DNA of 64,000 bases from Candidatus Poribacteria bacterium (GTDB lineage: Bacteria; Poribacteria; WGA-4E; PCPOR2b): positions 3,104,001-3,168,000 of the forward strand of contig OZ244587.1 of assembly GCA_965218095.1 (NCBI GenBank), written 5' to 3'. The translations under genes were made by a program, and so were the position numbers. Under the pieces are notes generated by a model. That model worked only from the letters and a program-made list of their open reading frames with translations, did no database searches and was not told the origin of the DNA. Positions 29,102 to 39,161 of the stretch are shown in pieces. Numbering within the stretch: the first letter of the stretch is position 1; the number at the start of each line of letters is the position of its first letter.

Positions 29102-29130
29102 AGTTGCTTTGAATCCCGATCTTATCGGGG
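29101..29130 (+). repeat. 30-bp exact repeat of 25792-25821
   Basis: AAGTTGCTTTGAATCCCGATCTTATCGGGG occurs in-frame in nagZ and between mod and res. Confidence 0.9.
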
Positions 29131-29140
29131 AGGTGACGAC

Positions 29141-31684
29141 ATGATGGAATTGAAGACATATCAACTCCGCGTGCTTGACGCTTTTAGCCGTTGGTTGGAA
29201 GTCCTTGACGCGGAGCGCAACAAGTCTGGGGATATGATAGAAACGTTGAAACAGGCAGGGTTTGACATTTCAAATGATATTCGTAATTATCCCCAAAACG
29301 CATGGCAGCAGCTATCAAAGAACGGTGATGTGGCAGAAAGTGCGGGCGAATACATCAGTCGCACCGATGGTGCAGACCGTTCGATTCCGCATATCTGCTT
29401 CAAAGTGCCAACAGGTGGCGGTAAAACTTTGCTCGCCGCCGCCGCTCTGGAACGCCGCCATCAACAGACCGGACTGATCTTGTGGGTTGTGCCGAGCAAG
29501 GCTATCTACGTCCAAACGAAAGCCGCCCTGTGGAACCGTGAACACCCGTACCGTCAAATGTTAGAGCGGGCGAGTGCCGGCCGCGTCAAAATGCTGGAGA
29601 AAGATGACCTATTCAACAGAGACGATATCGTCAATTACCTGTGCGTCATGTTACTGATGTTACCGGCAACGAACCGACAAAAGGGGAAAGAGTTTCTGCG
29701 TATGTTTAAGGATGCGGGGCGTTATCCGAGTTTTTTCCCGGACGGTGATGATCTCCTCAGTGACGGCCGCTTGATGAAAACCTACCCCGACTTGGAATGC
29801 AATGTTGAAGGCGGGACAATCAAGCACAGTCTGTTTAATGTCTTCAAGATACTACGTCCTGTTGTTGTTCTCGACGAGGCACATAAAGCGTATGGAGCAA
29901 AAAAGAAGGAGGCAAACGAAGAATTTGCCCGCTCCATCAACCGTTTGAATCCCCGACTGGTTATCGAACTCTCTGCGACCCCGAACCACGGTATAAGCAA
30001 TCTGCTCGTCGATATCGAAGGACCCGACCTGAAAAAGGAGGAGATGGTCAAATTGCCGGTGCAGGTAACATCATTTTCCAATACTGACTGGAAATCAACG
30101 TTAAGCGAGGCGTTTGAAAAGCTGGCCGACTTGGAGATAGAAACTAGGGCACTTGAGCACAGCACGGTCCGTTATATCCGTCCAATCGCCGTTGTGCGCG
30201 TTGAGCGAACGGGTAAGGATCAGAGAGATAATGAGCGTATCCACGCTGAGGATGTGCGGGAATATCTCACGCAAGACTTGCAGCTGCCCTCGGATACGGT
30301 TCGTGTCAAGTCTTCTGACAACGACGAACTCGGCAACGAAGATTTGCTCTCCGAATTTTCAGAGGTGCGATGGATTATCACAAAATCCGCACTGATGGAG
30401 GGTTGGGATTGTCCTTTTGCCTATCTGTTGGTGATGTTGGACAATACGCAAGCGCAACGGGCTATCACGCAACTGGTGGGGCGGGTAATGCGGCAGCCAC
30501 ACGCGCAACTCACCGGTAGAGAATTGTTAGATCAGTGTTATGTCTATTGTAATAACGCCGAGGTGGGCGCCGTCGTCGAGCAGGTCAAAAATGGATTGGA
30601 AGCGGAGGGGCTAACGGGCTTGGGCGACGAAGTGATGGGCACGTTGGGTTCACAGCAACATCAAGGCGAGATGCAGCAACGGACTGTGCGTCGCCGCGAG
30701 CGGTTTCAAGATCAGGATATCTTTCTGCCAGTGGTGTCCCATAAAAACGGCGAAGATTGGGTACAACTCGACTATCAATCACATATCTTGCCGCATATAG
30801 ATTGGTCGTCAATCGAACCACCCGACCCAGAAGCGTCTGCCCCCAATAGCGCAAGACGTCAATCCGCAACGGTTGATGTCAATGAGGCACCGCCGGTTTT
30901 CCATCCCGATCAAGCGTTGGATATTGACAAAACGGTCAAAGTATCCCATTTCACACGCCATCTGTCTGACATTCTACCCAATCTATGGCACGCCGCCCGC
31001 ATAGTAGGGCAGCTGATTGAGGACCAGAAACAGGACGGCAAAACCGATGCGGATATCTATGACCGACGTGCTTATCTTGCACATCTGCTAAGGGAGCATG
31101 TTAAGAATGAAGTGGAAACGCAGGCAGAGCAGGTCTTTCACGAAAAACTGAGACGGGGTGAAATCCGCTTTGATTTGGAAGTCGGACAACCGAATTTCCG
31201 TATGAAACACCACTATGAAATACAGGTTAGTTCCGGTGATAGGCCACTATTAAGAAATTATGAACCTGTGCAGCTCACCCTGTTTGAACCAGTTTTCGAG
31301 CGATATTTCAGTAACGAATTGGAAAAGAAATTTGCGTGTTATCTTGATGAGCAGAAGGCAGTGCAATGGTGGCATCGAGTTGCAGCGCGTCAACAGGGCG
31401 AGTATTATTTGCAAGGCTGGAAAAAGGGACGAATTTACCCCGACTTCGTTGCGATGGCGAGCGAAACACGCGTGCTAATTTTCGAGACAAAGGGTGAACA
31501 CCTGCTCGGCAACCCTGACACTGAGTACAAGCGAAAAGTGTTAAAAGTGCTTGAAGGGGTATTCAATGCTGTCGGTACGATGGAACTGTGTGAGGCTCCC
31601 AACAGCATTTTTCGATTGGTATTCAGTGATCACGAATTCTCGGAGATATCCGAACGGTTGGGCGAGCACTATTCGCATAGCTAA
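29141..31684 (+). CDS. res: type III restriction endonuclease subunit Res
   Basis: KVPTGGGKT, DEAH, SATP, EGWDCP, QLVGRVMR, YPDFV..IFETKG nuclease motif. Confidence 0.9.
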   Translation: MMELKTYQLRVLDAFSRWLEVLDAERNKSGDMIETLKQAGFDISNDIRNYPQNAWQQLSKNGDVAESAGEYISRTDGADRSIPHICFKVPTGGGKTLLAAAALERRHQQTGLILWVVPSKAIYVQTKAALWNREHPYRQMLERASAGRVKMLEKDDLFNRDDIVNYLCVMLLMLPATNRQKGKEFLRMFKDAGRYPSFFPDGDDLLSDGRLMKTYPDLECNVEGGTIKHSLFNVFKILRPVVVLDEAHKAYGAKKKEANEEFARSINRLNPRLVIELSATPNHGISNLLVDIEGPDLKKEEMVKLPVQVTSFSNTDWKSTLSEAFEKLADLEIETRALEHSTVRYIRPIAVVRVERTGKDQRDNERIHAEDVREYLTQDLQLPSDTVRVKSSDNDELGNEDLLSEFSEVRWIITKSALMEGWDCPFAYLLVMLDNTQAQRAITQLVGRVMRQPHAQLTGRELLDQCYVYCNNAEVGAVVEQVKNGLEAEGLTGLGDEVMGTLGSQQHQGEMQQRTVRRRERFQDQDIFLPVVSHKNGEDWVQLDYQSHILPHIDWSSIEPPDPEASAPNSARRQSATVDVNEAPPVFHPDQALDIDKTVKVSHFTRHLSDILPNLWHAARIVGQLIEDQKQDGKTDADIYDRRAYLAHLLREHVKNEVETQAEQVFHEKLRRGEIRFDLEVGQPNFRMKHHYEIQVSSGDRPLLRNYEPVQLTLFEPVFERYFSNELEKKFACYLDEQKAVQWWHRVAARQQGEYYLQGWKKGRIYPDFVAMASETRVLIFETKGEHLLGNPDTEYKRKVLKVLEGVFNAVGTMELCEAPNSIFRLVFSDHEFSEISERLGEHYSHS

Positions 31685-31742
31685 AGGAAAGAGAGATATA
31701 ATCTTGCCTTGAAATGCTTTATTCGTTTTTGGAGGAGCAAAA

Positions 31743-33494
31743 ATGCTGACGAAGTTGACTTGTCGTAATTTCAAAAACTTTGGAGAAGTAGAAGTCGAAT
31801 TAGGGAATCCCGTTGTCTTCATTGGACCCAATAACTCTGGCAAAACCACCGCTTTACAGGCACTCGCCCTGTGGGATATTGGACTCAAACGTTGGAACGA
31901 GAACCGTAAGGGGAAGCCAAGAGCGGAAAAGCGACCGGGCGTTGCTATCAACCGGCGCGACCTTATCTCCCTCCCTGTACCGAATGCAAGGTTACTCTGG
32001 CGAAATTTGCAAGTCCGAGATATTCAGAGAATTGATGGCAGGCAACAGACGCAAAACGTCCGTATGGATATTATCGTTGAAGGTGTTACTGCTAGCAAAA
32101 AATGGGAATGTGGTTTGGAATTCGATTATGCCAATCCAGAATCCTTTTACTGCCGCCCTCTTCGATTATCGGAAGCGGATGGTAAAGTATCAGAACAGAT
32201 GCCTGTTCCTGAAGAGGTGGCAAATCTCAATGTTGCCTTCCTTCCGCCTATGTCTGGGCTTGCCTCGAATGAAACCCGCCTTGATACGGGTGCGATTAAT
32301 GTCCGTGTAGGGGAGGGGAGAACCGCAGAGGTCCTCCGCAATCTCTGCTATCAGGTCTTACAAGAGGGAGAAGACAACAAAAAATGGGAAACTATCTGTC
32401 AACAGATTGAAGACCTATTCGGGGTTGAACTTGACGAGCCAAATTATATCCTTGAGCGCGGGGAGATTGAGATGAGTTACCGAGACAGATCAGGTACTTC
32501 TCTTGACCTCTCCTCATCAGGACGCGGACTTCAACAAACCCTGCTTCTGCTCGCATATATTGCAGCACATCCGGGGGCAGTCCTTCTGCTCGATGAACCA
32601 GATGCACACCTTGAGATCCTTCGGCAAAGACAGATTTATCAGATTCTTACCGAGTTGACAAAGAAACATGGCAGTCAAATCATTGCCGCCAGCCATTCTG
32701 AAGTCATTCTTAACGAGGCAGCCGATCGCGATGTCGTTATTGCCTTCCTTGGTGCACCCCATCGTATAAACGATCGCGGGAGTCAGGTTTTAAAATCGCT
32801 TAAGGAGATTGGTTTTGAGCAGTATTATCAAGCACGACAGACGGGCTGGGTTCTTTATCTTGAAGGACCCACGGACCTCGCCATCTTAAAGGCATTTGCT
32901 GAAAAACTGGAGCATCCTGCGAAGAGTATATTGGAACGCCTGTTTGTGCACTACGTTGGAAACCAACCGCAGAAAACCCGCGACCACTTTTATGGGTTGC
33001 GGGAGGCGAAGACTGATTTGGTGGGATTTTGTCTCTTCGATCGGATTGAGCCGGAATTACAAACAAGAACTGAATTAAGAGAGTATCAGTGGAGGAGGCG
33101 CGAGATTGAGAATTACCTATGCCAAAAAGAGGTGTTAATAGCATGGGCAGAAGCAGAAGGAAAAAAACAGAGCGCAGGACCACTATTTGCTAATCAATTT
33201 ACAAATCGATGGCTATCTGCAATGGAAGAGGCGATTGCGGAGATTGGAAACGCCCTAGAGACACTCGGTAAAGGTTCGCCTTGGTCGCCTGATACCAAGG
33301 TGAGTGATGATTTTCTGGATCCACTTTTCGATTCCTTTTTCAACGAACTGGAATTGGAGAATTTGATGCGAAAAACAAATTATCACACCCTCGTCCAATA
33401 TGTTCCCGCAGATCAGATTGACCCAGAAGTATCCGAAGTACTCGATGGGATTTTGGAAATAGCGAACCGAGCGGTGCCGATGACCAATACGTAA
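31743..33494 (+). CDS. ABC-type (AAA_15/AAA_21) ATPase fused to a TOPRIM-like domain (OLD/PARIS-like)
   Basis: NFKNF, GPNNSGKT, SSGRG signature, LLLDEPDAHL, ASHS, then YLEGPTD..IL and CLFDR, RREIENYL. Confidence 0.8.
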   Translation: MLTKLTCRNFKNFGEVEVELGNPVVFIGPNNSGKTTALQALALWDIGLKRWNENRKGKPRAEKRPGVAINRRDLISLPVPNARLLWRNLQVRDIQRIDGRQQTQNVRMDIIVEGVTASKKWECGLEFDYANPESFYCRPLRLSEADGKVSEQMPVPEEVANLNVAFLPPMSGLASNETRLDTGAINVRVGEGRTAEVLRNLCYQVLQEGEDNKKWETICQQIEDLFGVELDEPNYILERGEIEMSYRDRSGTSLDLSSSGRGLQQTLLLLAYIAAHPGAVLLLDEPDAHLEILRQRQIYQILTELTKKHGSQIIAASHSEVILNEAADRDVVIAFLGAPHRINDRGSQVLKSLKEIGFEQYYQARQTGWVLYLEGPTDLAILKAFAEKLEHPAKSILERLFVHYVGNQPQKTRDHFYGLREAKTDLVGFCLFDRIEPELQTRTELREYQWRRREIENYLCQKEVLIAWAEAEGKKQSAGPLFANQFTNRWLSAMEEAIAEIGNALETLGKGSPWSPDTKVSDDFLDPLFDSFFNELELENLMRKTNYHTLVQYVPADQIDPEVSEVLDGILEIANRAVPMTNT

Positions 33495-33538
33495 GTGCTA
33501 TTTGTGTGATTGGAATACGTTGGAAAAAGGTATTGAAA

Positions 33539-34084
33539 ATGGCACACGCATACATCGGTTTTGGATCCAACATCGACGACCGCTTCGCGTATATCGTTCA
33601 AGCGTTGCGTTTGCTGTTAGAAGCAGATGGCGTCTCACTGATACAGATCTCCTCCCTCTACGAAACCGAGCCCGTCGGCTATGAAGAACAGGATTGGTTC
33701 CTGAATGGCGTCCTCGCTATCGAAACCAGTCTATCGCTCGATCAGTTGTTGGTGTTGCTGAAGGGTATTGAACAGGTTGTTGGACGGCAGCAGCGCATCC
33801 GTTGGAGACCACGAGAGGTAGACCTGGATCTGTTAATCTACAACCAGTGTTGTATCAATACACCGGATCTGATTGTGCCTCACCCCGAAATGCACCGACG
33901 CAGTTTTGTCCTTGTCCCTTTCGCCGAGATCGCCCCGGATGTTCGCCACCCAATCCTGCAAGAAAATATCCAGTCCCTACTCGCCAATCTGACTGACGAG
34001 AAAACCGTCAAGCTAGCGGTGCCACCGCCGGAAATCGTTCCAAAGGATCTGACCAAATGGCATACAATCCACAAAATCCGCTGA
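33539..34084 (+). CDS. folK: 2-amino-4-hydroxy-6-hydroxymethyldihydropteridine pyrophosphokinase
   Basis: AYIGFGSN, SSLYETEP, PREVDLDLL, VPHPEMHRRSFVLVP. Confidence 0.95.
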   Translation: MAHAYIGFGSNIDDRFAYIVQALRLLLEADGVSLIQISSLYETEPVGYEEQDWFLNGVLAIETSLSLDQLLVLLKGIEQVVGRQQRIRWRPREVDLDLLIYNQCCINTPDLIVPHPEMHRRSFVLVPFAEIAPDVRHPILQENIQSLLANLTDEKTVKLAVPPPEIVPKDLTKWHTIHKIR

Positions 34085-35739
34085 TTGTCCAGAGTGATCG
34101 GACGGTTCTTCTTGAGGTTGACAACCTGCTTTACGAGGCGGCGCGAGATGAGCTTGCCCGTTTCGCGGAGTTGGAAAAGAGTCCCGAACATATCCACACC
34201 TATCGTATCACGCCGCTTTCGTTGTGGAATGCTGCGGCTTCGGGTCTGGAAGCGGGGGATATCTTAGATGCGCTTGATGAATATACCAAATACGATGTGC
34301 CGCAAAACATCATCGCCGAGATTGTCGATTATGCGTCGCGCTACGGGCGGGTGAAGTTGATGAAGCACAGCGACGGCTTGGTTTTGCATTGCGATGATCC
34401 GGCGCTCATCGCTGAAATTGCCCATAGCCAATCGGTGAAAAGTATGCTAGGAGAGCAGATTGATTCCCATACGATCGGCATTCCACGCCACCTCCGAGGG
34501 CATATCAAGCAAGCGTTAATCAAGCTCGGCTTTCCGGTTGAAGATCTCGCAGGATACGTCAGCGGCAGCTATCTGGAGATTGCGCCACGTCCGGTGACGC
34601 AATCAGGGAACCTCTTCGATCTGCGTGACTACCAGCGCAACGCGGCGGAGGTTTTTTATGCAGGCGGGGGCGCACGCGGCGGCAGTGGTGTAGTTGTCCT
34701 CCCTTGCGGCGCAGGTAAAACAATCGTTGGGCTTGGCATTTTGTTTGAGACCCAATGCCACACGCTGATCCTTTCAACAAACACAATCGCTGTGCGCCAG
34801 TGGATCGATGAATTCCTCGATAAGACAACGATTGCGCCAGAGGATGTTGGAGAATACACGGGCGATCGCAAGGAGATCCGGCCAATTACCATGACGACCT
34901 ATCAGATTCTGACTTATCGCAAGAGTAAGTCAGAGCACTTTGTTCACATGGGGATATTTTCAGACATGGACTGGGGCTTGATTATCTATGACGAGGTTCA
35001 CCTGTTGCCTGCGCCTGTGTTTCGGATGACTGCGGAGATCCAAGCAAGACGACGGCTTGGATTGACGGCAACGCTTGTGCGTGAAGATGGCAGAGAAGAT
35101 GATGTGTTCAGCTTAATTGGACCGAAAAAGTATGATGTCCCCTGGCGAGAATTGGAAAAGCAGGGCTGGATTGCGACCGCCGAGTGCACCGAGATCCGCG
35201 TAGATCTGCCGGAACACCTGCGGATGGGGTATGCCGTTGCTGACGCGAGGAAGAAGTTTCGGATTGCTTCCGAGAACCCGAGCAAGTTTCCGATTGTGCG
35301 CCGACTGATTGAACAACACAGAGACGATCAGGTGCTCGTTATTGGGCAATACATCAGCCAACTCAAGGAGATAGCGGCAAATCTGAATGCCCCGCTGATT
35401 ATGGGAAAAACCACGAACCAAGAGCGTGGCAGACTCTACGACCAGTTTCGGCGAGGAGAGATTAAACGGCTTGTCGTTTCCAAAGTCGCTAACTTTGCGA
35501 TTGACCTCCCCGATGCCAACGTCGCGATCCAGATTTCCGGCGCGTTTGGCTCACGCCAAGAGGAAGCCCAGCGCCTCGGACGCATCCTCCGCCCCAAGCG
35601 TAATGGCTCGCTTGCGCACTTCTACTCGATCGTCACCCGTGATTCCCGCGATCAGGAGTTTGCGATCAACCGTCAGCTTTTCCTGACTGAGCAGGGGTAT
35701 CGGTACACGATCCGCTACGGTCATGAGTATGAAACGTGA
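34057..35739 (+). CDS. bacterial XPB/Rad25 DNA repair helicase
   Basis: PLIVQSDRTVLLE, FAELEKSPEHIHTY, LPCGAGKT, DEVH, GSRQEEAQRLGRILRPK. Confidence 0.93.
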   Translation: MAYNPQNPLIVQSDRTVLLEVDNLLYEAARDELARFAELEKSPEHIHTYRITPLSLWNAAASGLEAGDILDALDEYTKYDVPQNIIAEIVDYASRYGRVKLMKHSDGLVLHCDDPALIAEIAHSQSVKSMLGEQIDSHTIGIPRHLRGHIKQALIKLGFPVEDLAGYVSGSYLEIAPRPVTQSGNLFDLRDYQRNAAEVFYAGGGARGGSGVVVLPCGAGKTIVGLGILFETQCHTLILSTNTIAVRQWIDEFLDKTTIAPEDVGEYTGDRKEIRPITMTTYQILTYRKSKSEHFVHMGIFSDMDWGLIIYDEVHLLPAPVFRMTAEIQARRRLGLTATLVREDGREDDVFSLIGPKKYDVPWRELEKQGWIATAECTEIRVDLPEHLRMGYAVADARKKFRIASENPSKFPIVRRLIEQHRDDQVLVIGQYISQLKEIAANLNAPLIMGKTTNQERGRLYDQFRRGEIKRLVVSKVANFAIDLPDANVAIQISGAFGSRQEEAQRLGRILRPKRNGSLAHFYSIVTRDSRDQEFAINRQLFLTEQGYRYTIRYGHEYET

Positions 35740-35996
35740 AGGATAACGCGGCTCGAAATGGGTTTAGTCAATCACGGTATTCAATTCATAAGGAGAGCAT
35801 CCAAGAATACCAGCCGGAGCAGAAATATGATGCTCTATTTGCTAATCCCCCATTTGTCCCCGTGCCCGATAGGGTTATATTTCCGATTCATTCAGATGGA
35901 GGTATTGATGGTAATGTGCTGACCAACATACTTCTTCGCCGGCTTAAGACTTTCCTAAAGCCAGATGTCGAACAAATCAATTCACAAAATACTTGA
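35736..35996 (+). pseudogene. class I SAM methyltransferase fragment (NPPF type)
   Basis: A.RN...YD..FANPPFVP..GG.DG; SAM-binding motif I absent. Confidence 0.6.
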
Positions 35997-36080
35997 GGTT
36001 CTTCGCGAAAAAATGCGTAAGCAATCTACCATGGGTCTTGTGCTGAAAGTCAAATAGAGAAGTCAACATCAAAAACAACG

Positions 36081-36956
36081 ATGTCGCTTTTAAGTGTGAA
36101 ATTTCTCAAACAGATTGATCGCCTGCAAATCCGTTCCCACAACGTATTTCGAGGTCAATTCAAAGGCGAACGGCGCAGCCTCAATCGGGGCGCCAGCGTC
36201 GAGTTCGCCGACTACCGAATCTACGAGCCTGGTGATGATTTGCGCTACATTGATTGGAACATTTATGCGCGATTGGATCGGCTCTTTCTCAAATTGTTCA
36301 GCGCGGAGGAAGATCTCCCAATCTTTGTCTTAATCGATAACAGCAAGTCAATGGATTTCGGTGAACCCACAAAGTTGGAGTGCGCCAAGCGAATTGCTGC
36401 GGCGTTGAGCTACATCGGTTTGGCGAGTTTTGATCGCGTATCGATCTATACACTCTCAGATCAGTTCACCCTGATTGCACCGCTCACTTATGGGAAGATG
36501 CAATTTCCGAAGCTTTCACAGTCTCTTGAGGAAATTATCGGGGAAGGAGAAACCTGTCTAACAGGGTGTTTAAAACACTTTGTAACCCAGACAAGGGGTT
36601 CCGGTGCTGTAGTCATTATTTCAGATTTTTTGGATATGGATGGTTATGAATCAGGGCTCAAGCAACTCTTAGCCAGAAATTTTGATTTGACACTCATCCA
36701 CCTTCTCAGTGATGAAGAGATGCACCCACGACCCTCAGGCGAATTACAGTTGGTGGATGCGGAGACAGGGCAGTCTAAAGAGATTACGGTTAATGAGCAG
36801 GCACTCGCAGGTTACACCAGACGCTTTAACGCATTTTGTGAAGGCTTGAAACGCTTTTGCTTGAACCGCGGCGTGACTTATGTTCGTATTAGTAATCAGG
36901 CGTCGGTCGAACAGTTTATCTTAAAAGATCTGCGACGGAGTGGCTTCATTCATTGA
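36081..36956 (+). CDS. DUF58 (vWA-like, MoxR-associated) protein
   Basis: G.SVEFADYR.YEPGDDLRYIDWN, IDNSKSM, IISDF, LVDAETG. Confidence 0.92.
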   Translation: MSLLSVKFLKQIDRLQIRSHNVFRGQFKGERRSLNRGASVEFADYRIYEPGDDLRYIDWNIYARLDRLFLKLFSAEEDLPIFVLIDNSKSMDFGEPTKLECAKRIAAALSYIGLASFDRVSIYTLSDQFTLIAPLTYGKMQFPKLSQSLEEIIGEGETCLTGCLKHFVTQTRGSGAVVIISDFLDMDGYESGLKQLLARNFDLTLIHLLSDEEMHPRPSGELQLVDAETGQSKEITVNEQALAGYTRRFNAFCEGLKRFCLNRGVTYVRISNQASVEQFILKDLRRSGFIH

Positions 36957-37175
36957 TGCAATGAAGCAACACTTACCATCTTCACAAGAATAGGTGAGAG
37001 TCATTGGAGATGAGGTTGGGCACACACATCTGTGTCAGGCTGGACGCAGATGTGTCGACAAACTTTCAGGACAGATAGACAACTCAGTTTGGGCTTTTGT
37101 ATAGAATCATCAGGCATAATTGTTGCTTTTGTGAGGTGTTATATGATTTTCAATAACTCCGAAAGGATTTTTGAT

Positions 37176-38144
37176 ATGGAGAAAGAACAGTTGCTTCAAA
37201 GACGGATTGCGGTGTTAATGGGTGGGAAATCAGGAGAAAGGCAGGTGTCATTGCGATCCGGAGCGAGAGTGATTGCCGCACTCCAGAGGCTTGGAACGGA
37301 CGTAATCGTAATCGATCCAATCGACCCTGACTGGATTGACCAGATGCACGCAGCGTCAATTGACATCGCATTTCTGGCATTACACGGAAAGGGTTGTGAA
37401 GACGGGACAATCCAGGGTGTTTTAGAAGCATTTGAGTTTGCCTATACCGGCTCTGGCGTGCTCGCAAGCGCACTTGCCATGAATAAGGTCATGACGAAGC
37501 GGGTGCTATACACAATGAACATTCCAACCCCGAATTACCTAACGGTTGACCCGGATCAGCGCTTAGACCCGCAATGTGAAGAAGCCAGCGACCGCCTGGG
37601 ATTGCCGCTTGTGCTCAAGCCAACGTCAGAAGGCTCAAGCATTGGGGTATCAATCATCAGCGAACTGCCAGAATTGAAGCGGGTCGCCCGTAAAACCCAA
37701 CATCAGTTCGGGGAGATCTTTTTTGAAAAGTACATCCGAGGACAAGAAGTGACTGTGGGGCTGCTCGGCGTCAAGGACGATCTGCGCGCTCTGCCTGTGC
37801 TTGAGTTGGTCCCCAAACGAGAATTCTACGACTACGAAGCGAAGTATACCGAGGGAGTGACGGAGTTCATTCTCCCGGCGAGGTTATCAGACTCGCTGAC
37901 CGAACAGGTGCAGGAGATCGCCATCAATACACACAAAGCGATCGGTTGTTGGGGCGCCTCGCGGGTTGATATGCGGGTTGATGCTGATGGACAACCTTAT
38001 GTGATGGAGATTAACACGCTGCCGGGGTTAACGGCCCTCAGTGATTTACCGGCGCAAGCAGGGGCGGCGGGAATCTCGTACAATGAACTTATCTATGAAA
38101 TTTTGGAAAGCGCGCAAGTTCGTCTTACTGCATATAAGGATTAG
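37176..38144 (+). CDS. ddl: D-alanine--D-alanine ligase
   Basis: GG.SGERQVSLRSG, LHG..CEDG, EGSS.G, FYDYEAKY, EINTLPG. Confidence 0.95.
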   Translation: MEKEQLLQRRIAVLMGGKSGERQVSLRSGARVIAALQRLGTDVIVIDPIDPDWIDQMHAASIDIAFLALHGKGCEDGTIQGVLEAFEFAYTGSGVLASALAMNKVMTKRVLYTMNIPTPNYLTVDPDQRLDPQCEEASDRLGLPLVLKPTSEGSSIGVSIISELPELKRVARKTQHQFGEIFFEKYIRGQEVTVGLLGVKDDLRALPVLELVPKREFYDYEAKYTEGVTEFILPARLSDSLTEQVQEIAINTHKAIGCWGASRVDMRVDADGQPYVMEINTLPGLTALSDLPAQAGAAGISYNELIYEILESAQVRLTAYKD

Positions 38145-38962
38145 TACCCGTATCTTTCGATGAGCGCCTTGCTCTTAATTACCCCTTCGTGGTCGTCGGT
38201 ATGCCCCTCGTACTCGATGCCGAAGGGATTGGTGTATCCCGCCGCCTTGAAAACCGCCATGACGCTTTTGCAGTCGATCTCGTTGGAGTCTCCGTTTTCA
38301 TCAAAGCTGAGAAATTTTGCGTGGGTCACCCAGGCGTATGGCGCGACCTTCCGCAAGTTTTCCACCTTGTCATCCTCGGGCCTCCAATTCAGGAAGTCTG
38401 CCAGCACGCGGCAATATTCGCTGTCAACCGCTTTTATGATCTGCACGATGTTGTCAGGCGATACTGAAACACCGCCATGATTTTCCATCATCACGCGAAT
38501 GCCGGTCTCCTCACCAATTGCTGCCAACTCCTTAAAACTCTTAATACATTGTTCAATCTCTTCTGCCGAGACATCAGCGCCGTGCCTCCCGCCACTGTTG
38601 GCTCGAAAGGCGTTACAGCCAAGTTTTTGACAAACACCAAACCATCTCTTGTGATTCTGCGCTGCCTGTTTCCGCTCGTCCTCATCAAGGGCGGACAGAT
38701 TGCCATGTCCATCAACTGCGATACTGAGTAATCTCACGCCAGCACTGGCAGCCCGACGACGTAACTCGTCCAAGTGCGCATCAGAAATCCCGCTTTGTGC
38801 CGGATTGCTCGGATCTTCGTACACAAAGAACGGACTGTTCAACTCCACCGCATTGATGCCAAACTCATCGCGTGCAAGCTGTGGATAGTCAAGCAGAGAT
38901 AAGGGATTGTCCTGATTTCTGAAACGTCGATTAATACTCCAACCTGCGAGGGAAATTTCCAT
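38141..38962 (-). CDS. sugar phosphate isomerase/epimerase family protein
   Basis: AVEL, MENHGG, DF.N, THAK, GIEYEG. Confidence 0.88.
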   Translation of the reverse strand: MEISLAGWSINRRFRNQDNPLSLLDYPQLARDEFGINAVELNSPFFVYEDPSNPAQSGISDAHLDELRRRAASAGVRLLSIAVDGHGNLSALDEDERKQAAQNHKRWFGVCQKLGCNAFRANSGGRHGADVSAEEIEQCIKSFKELAAIGEETGIRVMMENHGGVSVSPDNIVQIIKAVDSEYCRVLADFLNWRPEDDKVENLRKVAPYAWVTHAKFLSFDENGDSNEIDCKSVMAVFKAAGYTNPFGIEYEGHTDDHEGVIKSKALIERYGY

Positions 38963-39110
38963 CGTTATGAACTCCTAATCTTATACGAACTGCTTTAACC
39001 TCATTTTATAACCTTGCGAAGGTTAGGAGCCTTATTTGATACGCCAGATAGTAGAGTAGCACAGCGGTGGTGATGACGCAACCCTTTTTTCCGCAAACTG
39101 AACCCTGCCC

Positions 39111-39139
39111 TTGATTTTGAAACGCTACAGTGCTATAAT
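39111..39139 (+). promoter_or_regulatory. sigma70 promoter
   Basis: TTGATT-17-TATAAT with extended TG. Confidence 0.65.
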
Positions 39140-39161
39140 TGCTGAAAACCTGTAAAGACCA

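Noticed and set aside
37176-38144. Van-type D-Ala-D-Lac ligase
   Set aside because: The omega loop YDYEAKY is of the D-Ala-D-Ala type, there are no van genes adjacent, and the 2-hydroxyacid dehydrogenase is 7 kb away.
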